Source: Squalus acanthias (taxonomy: Eukaryota). Taken from it: a DNA stretch of 64,000 nt. Below are positions 59,501 through 64,000 of the stretch, in pieces. A program made the position numbers and the translations under genes. The stretch covers positions 124,746,001 to 124,810,000 of the forward strand of contig CM059431.1 in NCBI GenBank assembly GCA_030390025.1, written 5' to 3'. Each line of letters begins with the position of its first letter. Position 1 is the first letter of the stretch. Below the pieces are notes generated by a model. It made no database searches. It was not told the DNA's origin and saw only the letters and a list, made by a program, of their open reading frames with translations.

Positions 59501-59689
59501 TTCCCATCTAATCCATTGTTTTAGTCTGGAGCAGTGATCGGAGCATTTACCTAAAACATTAGGGATGGAGCAAGACAAGTGACCTGGAATCCTCCTACAT
59601 GACTTGTAAATTACAAAAAAATAAAAATATAACTTTTGTATTGCATTTATCCATCCCATGTTTTACATTTGATGCTAACACAGTCTGGC

Positions 59690-60075
59690 TAACGGAAAGA
59701 AAACTGCATGTAGTCTTAAAGGGAGCAAGGTGTCAATGGGACAGGTATTGAGTAGATGCCTCAGATTCCTTGTTGTTTCTGATATGTATAACTCACCTGG
59801 AATGACAGTCTGAATACAAAGTAGTTAAACTCACGGATGACAACAGGCTAGGAAATACCATGGATTCATCAAAGGCAGTCAAGTTCTTATAAAGAGACAT
59901 CAACACGGTTGACACTTGTGTTAACCAGTTGCAAATGAACTTCAGTATGAACCAATGCAAGGTACTTGATATTTTGAGGCATGAATAGGAGGGATGCATA
60001 CTTCACGGATGAGACAGAACTTGACAAGGAGAAAGATAAAAGGAATTTTAGTGAGCTAGTTGATTCATCACTCAA
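59690..60075 (+). mobile_element. Highly decayed CR1 RT fragment
   Basis: Residual similarity to the CR1 at 24880-25280. Confidence 0.45.
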
Positions 60076-61207
60076 CTGGGTGGATTTTCCCATATGGGGA
60101 TTGGACCATGGAGGAAGGAGATGGTACAGGCTACACACCTGCTGATTTTTTGGAGGTTGCCAACATTCAAACTTCCATCGCCTATCTCATTAACATTAAT
60201 AGAGGGAACTCCCAGCATTTAGCCCTCAACTAACACCACTAAATCAGGTTAACTGGTCATTTATCTCATTGTTATTTGTGGGACCTTGCTGTGCAAAACC
60301 TGCCTATAGAACAACATGCTTCAAAAGTAAACATTGGCTGTAAGGTGCCTTTGGACATCTCAGGAATGTCAAAGGCACAATATAAATGCAAGCTCTTTCT
60401 TTCTATGTGTAACATTCTTACTGTGAACTCACAGTTTTGTTTGCTGGAGATTCAGGGGTGAAACTTGTCTTTAACAGTAATGCAAAATGAGTGATTTGGC
60501 AGCCAGTTTTATACCCCTTCCCATTGAAGGCAATTTGTTATTGCCTGTTTTGCACGACCGCCAAAGACTATTTTCACCCCCACTGTGCCTTAAAAGGCTG
60601 CAAATGGATCTTAAAACCTGTTGGATATCTGGAGGCAATTTTATTTAATCTGACATCAAGATATTAAAGACCATGAAAACTGCAATGGGAGTAGCAGAGA
60701 AAGGCCAATTGTTTTCAAATGCTATCCTAGAGGGGGTACTCAAACAGGTCTGGGCCGGATGGACAGCAACATTTGGAACACAAAAACACAAGCTTCACAG
60801 AATTACAGTGCAAAATACATGTCAGGGTTGACAACAAGTCAACTCCGAAAGCAGCACCCACAGAATGTGGCTGCAGATCAGAAAGAAGTCTAAACACTCC
60901 ATTTGCTCTGCAAACATAAGACCAAGAATTAACAACATTGTCTTAGATATGATTGCAAAGTATACATGATACATTGCACTCTTTCAGCCCCCTCACTATT
61001 TTTGATCTTCATGTTAGTGCTTATTATGCATGCCCATTTAACCACAATCCTCTGCAGTTATCTGCAATTCTACCTTCACTCACATCTTTCTAGGAAGCTT
61101 GAAATACAGGAGAACTTTAAGAATTAATGTTAAGTGTTAGCTATTCTCAAGGGAACAGTAGCGTAGTGGTAATGTCACTGGGCTAATAATCCAAAGGCCT
61201 GGACTAA

Positions 61208-64000
61208 TTTTTTTATTCGTTGTTATGTGATCAGGGCGTCGCTGGCAATGCCAGCATTTATTGCCCATCCCTAGTTGCTCTTGAGAAGGTGGTGGTGAGC
61301 CGCCTACTTGAACCGCTGCAGTCCGTGTGGTGAAGGTACTCCCACAGTGCTGTTAGGTAGGGAGTTCCAGGATTTTGATCCAGTGACGATGAAGGATTGG
61401 CAATATATTTCCAAGTCAGGATGGTGTGTGACTTGGAGGGGAACTTGGAGGTGGTGGTGTTCCCATGCGCCTGCTGCCCTTGTCCTTCTAGGTGGAAGAG
61501 GTCGCAGGTTTGGGAGGTGCTGCCAAAGAAGCCTTGGCGAGTTGCTGCAGTGCATCTTGTAGATAGTACACACTGCAGCCACGGTACGCCGGTGGTGGAG
61601 GAAGTGAATGTTTAAGGTGGTGGATGGGGTGCTAATCAAGCGGGCTGCTTTGTCCTGGATGGTGTCGAGCTTCCTGAGTGTTGTTGGAGCTGCACTCATC
61701 CAGGCAAGTGGAGAGTATTCCATCACACTCCTTACTTGTGCCTTGTAGATGGTGGAAAGGCTTTGGGGAGTCAGGAGGTGAGACACTCGCTGCAGAATAC
61801 CTAGCCTCTGACCTGCTCTTGTTGCCACAGTATTTATGTGGCTGGTCCAGTTAAGTTTCTGGTCAATGGTGACCCCCAGGGTGTTGATAGTGGTGGATTC
61901 GGCGATGGTAATGCCATTGAATGTCAAGGGGAGGTGGTTAGACTCTCACTTGTTGGAGATAGTCATTGCCTGGCACTTCTGTGGCGCGAATGTTACCTGC
62001 CACTTAACAGCCCAAGCCTGAACGTCGGACAGGTCTTGTTGCATGCGGGCATGGACTACTTCATTATCTGAGGAGTTGTGAATGGCACTGAACACTGTGC
62101 AGTCATCAGCGAACATCCGCATTTCTGACCTTATGTTGAAGGGAAGGTCATTGATGAAGCAGCTGAAGATGTTTGGGCCTAGGACACTGCCCTGAGGAAC
62201 TCCTGCAGCGATGTCCTGGGGCTGTGATGATTGACCTTCAACCACCACAACCATCTACCTTTCTGCTAGGCATGACTCCAACCAGTGGAGTGCTTTCCCC
62301 CTGATTCTCATTGACTTCAGTTTTACTAGGGCTCCTTGATGCCAGACTCGGTCAAATGCTGCCTTGATGTCAAGGGCAGTCACTCTCAAATCACCTCTGG
62401 AATTCAGCTCCTTTGTCCATGTTTGGACCAAGGCTGTAATGAGGTCGGGAGCCGAATGGTCTTGGTGGAACCCAAACTGGGCATCAGTGAGCAGGTGCCA
62501 CTTAATAGCACTGTCGATGACACCTTCCATCACTTTGCTGATGATTGAGAGTAGACTGATGAGGCGATAATTGGTCGGGTTGGATTTGTCCAGCTTTTTG
62601 TGGACAGGACATACCTGGGCAGTTTTCCACATTGTCGGATAAATGCCAGTGTTGTAGCTGTAATGGAACAGCTTGGCTAGAGGTGCGGCTAGTTCTGGAG
62701 CACAAGTCTTCAGCACGATAGCCGGGATGTTGTCGGGGCCCATAGCCTTTGCTTTATCCAGTACGCTCAGCCGTTTCTTGATATCACGTGGAGTGAATCG
62801 AATTGGCTGAAGAGTGGCTTCTGTGATAGTGGGGACCTCAGGAGTAGGCCGATATGGATCATCCACTCGGCACTGCTGGCTGAAGTTGGTTGCAAACACT
62901 TCAGCCTTGTCTTTTGCACTCACGTGCTGGGCTCCACCATCATTGAGGATGGGGATATTCTTGGAGCCTCCTCCTCCCATTAGTTGTTCAATGGTCCACC
63001 ACCATTCACGACTGGATGTGGCAGGACTGCAGAGCTTTGATCTGATCCGTTGATTGTGGGATCGCTTAGCTCTTTCTATAGCGTGCTGCTTCCGCTTTTT
63101 AGCATGCATGTAGTCCTGTGTTGCAGCTTCCACACCTCATTTTTAGGTACACCTGGTGTTGCTCCTGGCATGCTCTTCTGCACTCCTTGTTGAACCCCTG
63201 GCTTGGTGGTAATATGCCAGGCCATGAGGTTACAGATTGTGGTGGAATACAATTCTGCACCTGCTGATGGCCCACAGTGCCTCATGGATGCCCAGTTTTG
63301 AGCTGTTAGATCTATCCCATTTAGCAAGGTGGTAGTGGCACACAACACGATGGAGGGTGTTCTCAGTGTGAAGACGGGACTTCGTCTCCACAATGGCTGT
63401 GCGGTGTTCACTGCTGCCAATGAAAGATGCATCTGCGACAGGTAGATTGGTGAGGACGAGGTCAAGTATGTTTCTCCCTCATGTTGGTTCACTCACCACC
63501 TGTCGCAGGCCCAGACTGGCAGCTATTTCCTTCAGGACTCAGCCAGTAGTGGTGCTACCGAGCCAATCGTGCTGATGGACATTGAAGTCTCCCACCCAGA
63601 GTACATTCTGTGCCCTTGCTACTCTCAGTGCTTCTTCCACAATGTGTTCAACATGGAGGAATACTGATTCATCAGCTGATGGGTGGCGGTAGGTGGTAAT
63701 CAGCAGGAGGCTTCCTTGCCCATGCTTGAACTGAAGCCATTAGACTTCATGGGGTCTGGAGTCAATGTTGAGGACTCCCAGGGCCACTCCTTCCCGACTG
63801 TATACCACTATGCCGCCACCCCTGGTGGGTCTGTCCTGCCGATGGGACAAGACATACCCAGGGATGGTGATGGAGGAGTTTGGGACATTGGCTGAAAGGT
63901 ATGATTCTGTGAGTATGACTATGTCAGGCTGTTGCTTGACTAGGCTGTGGGACAGCTCTCCCAATTTTGGCACACGTCCCCAGATGTTGGTGAGGAAGAC
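61208..64000 (-). mobile_element. L2/CR1-clade LINE ORF2 (APE + RT) remnant with 3' UTR and poly(A), inserted beside a tRNA-derived SINE head at ~61157
   Basis: PDIVILTESYL..DR..RGGG (APE); KAMGPDNIP, NYRLISLL, LDIKAAFDRVWH, GVPQGSVLGP and FADD (RT); T-run at 61208. Confidence 0.9.

Noticed and set aside
61157..61207. tRNA-like A box (GTAGCGTAGTGGTAATGTC)
   Set aside because: SINE head truncated by the LINE insertion; no T arm or acceptor stem, so not a tRNA gene

Overview
Eukaryotic, transposon-dense window with no recognisable host gene. The repeat complement (CR1/L2 LINEs, Deu-type SINEs, Penelope, two-gene Harbingers) suggests a cartilaginous fish; this host assignment is an inference. 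The main element is an apparently intact, very young 12.7-kb endogenous retrovirus-like provirus (B, 43040-55719). It has 1650-bp LTRs with one visible mismatch, a TTGA TSD and a tRNA-Arg PBS overlapping the gag ATG. Gag and pol are joined by a UGA-CUAG readthrough, and pol encodes PR-RT-degenerate RNase H-second RNase H-IN plus a long tail. Env looks like a paramyxo/pneumovirus-F-type class I fusogen (lokiretrovirus-like) with an extra N-terminal Ig-like domain. A related decayed element (A, 1-10149) keeps gag, env and the cis signals, but all pol enzymes are replaced in frame by a divergent copy of the Gag coiled coil. Two solo LTRs of the family are also present. The rest comprises a 9.4-kb 30-bp satellite, a Penelope-like RT/GIY-YIG element with a hammerhead ribozyme, Harbinger elements and MITEs, and LINE/SINE remnants.
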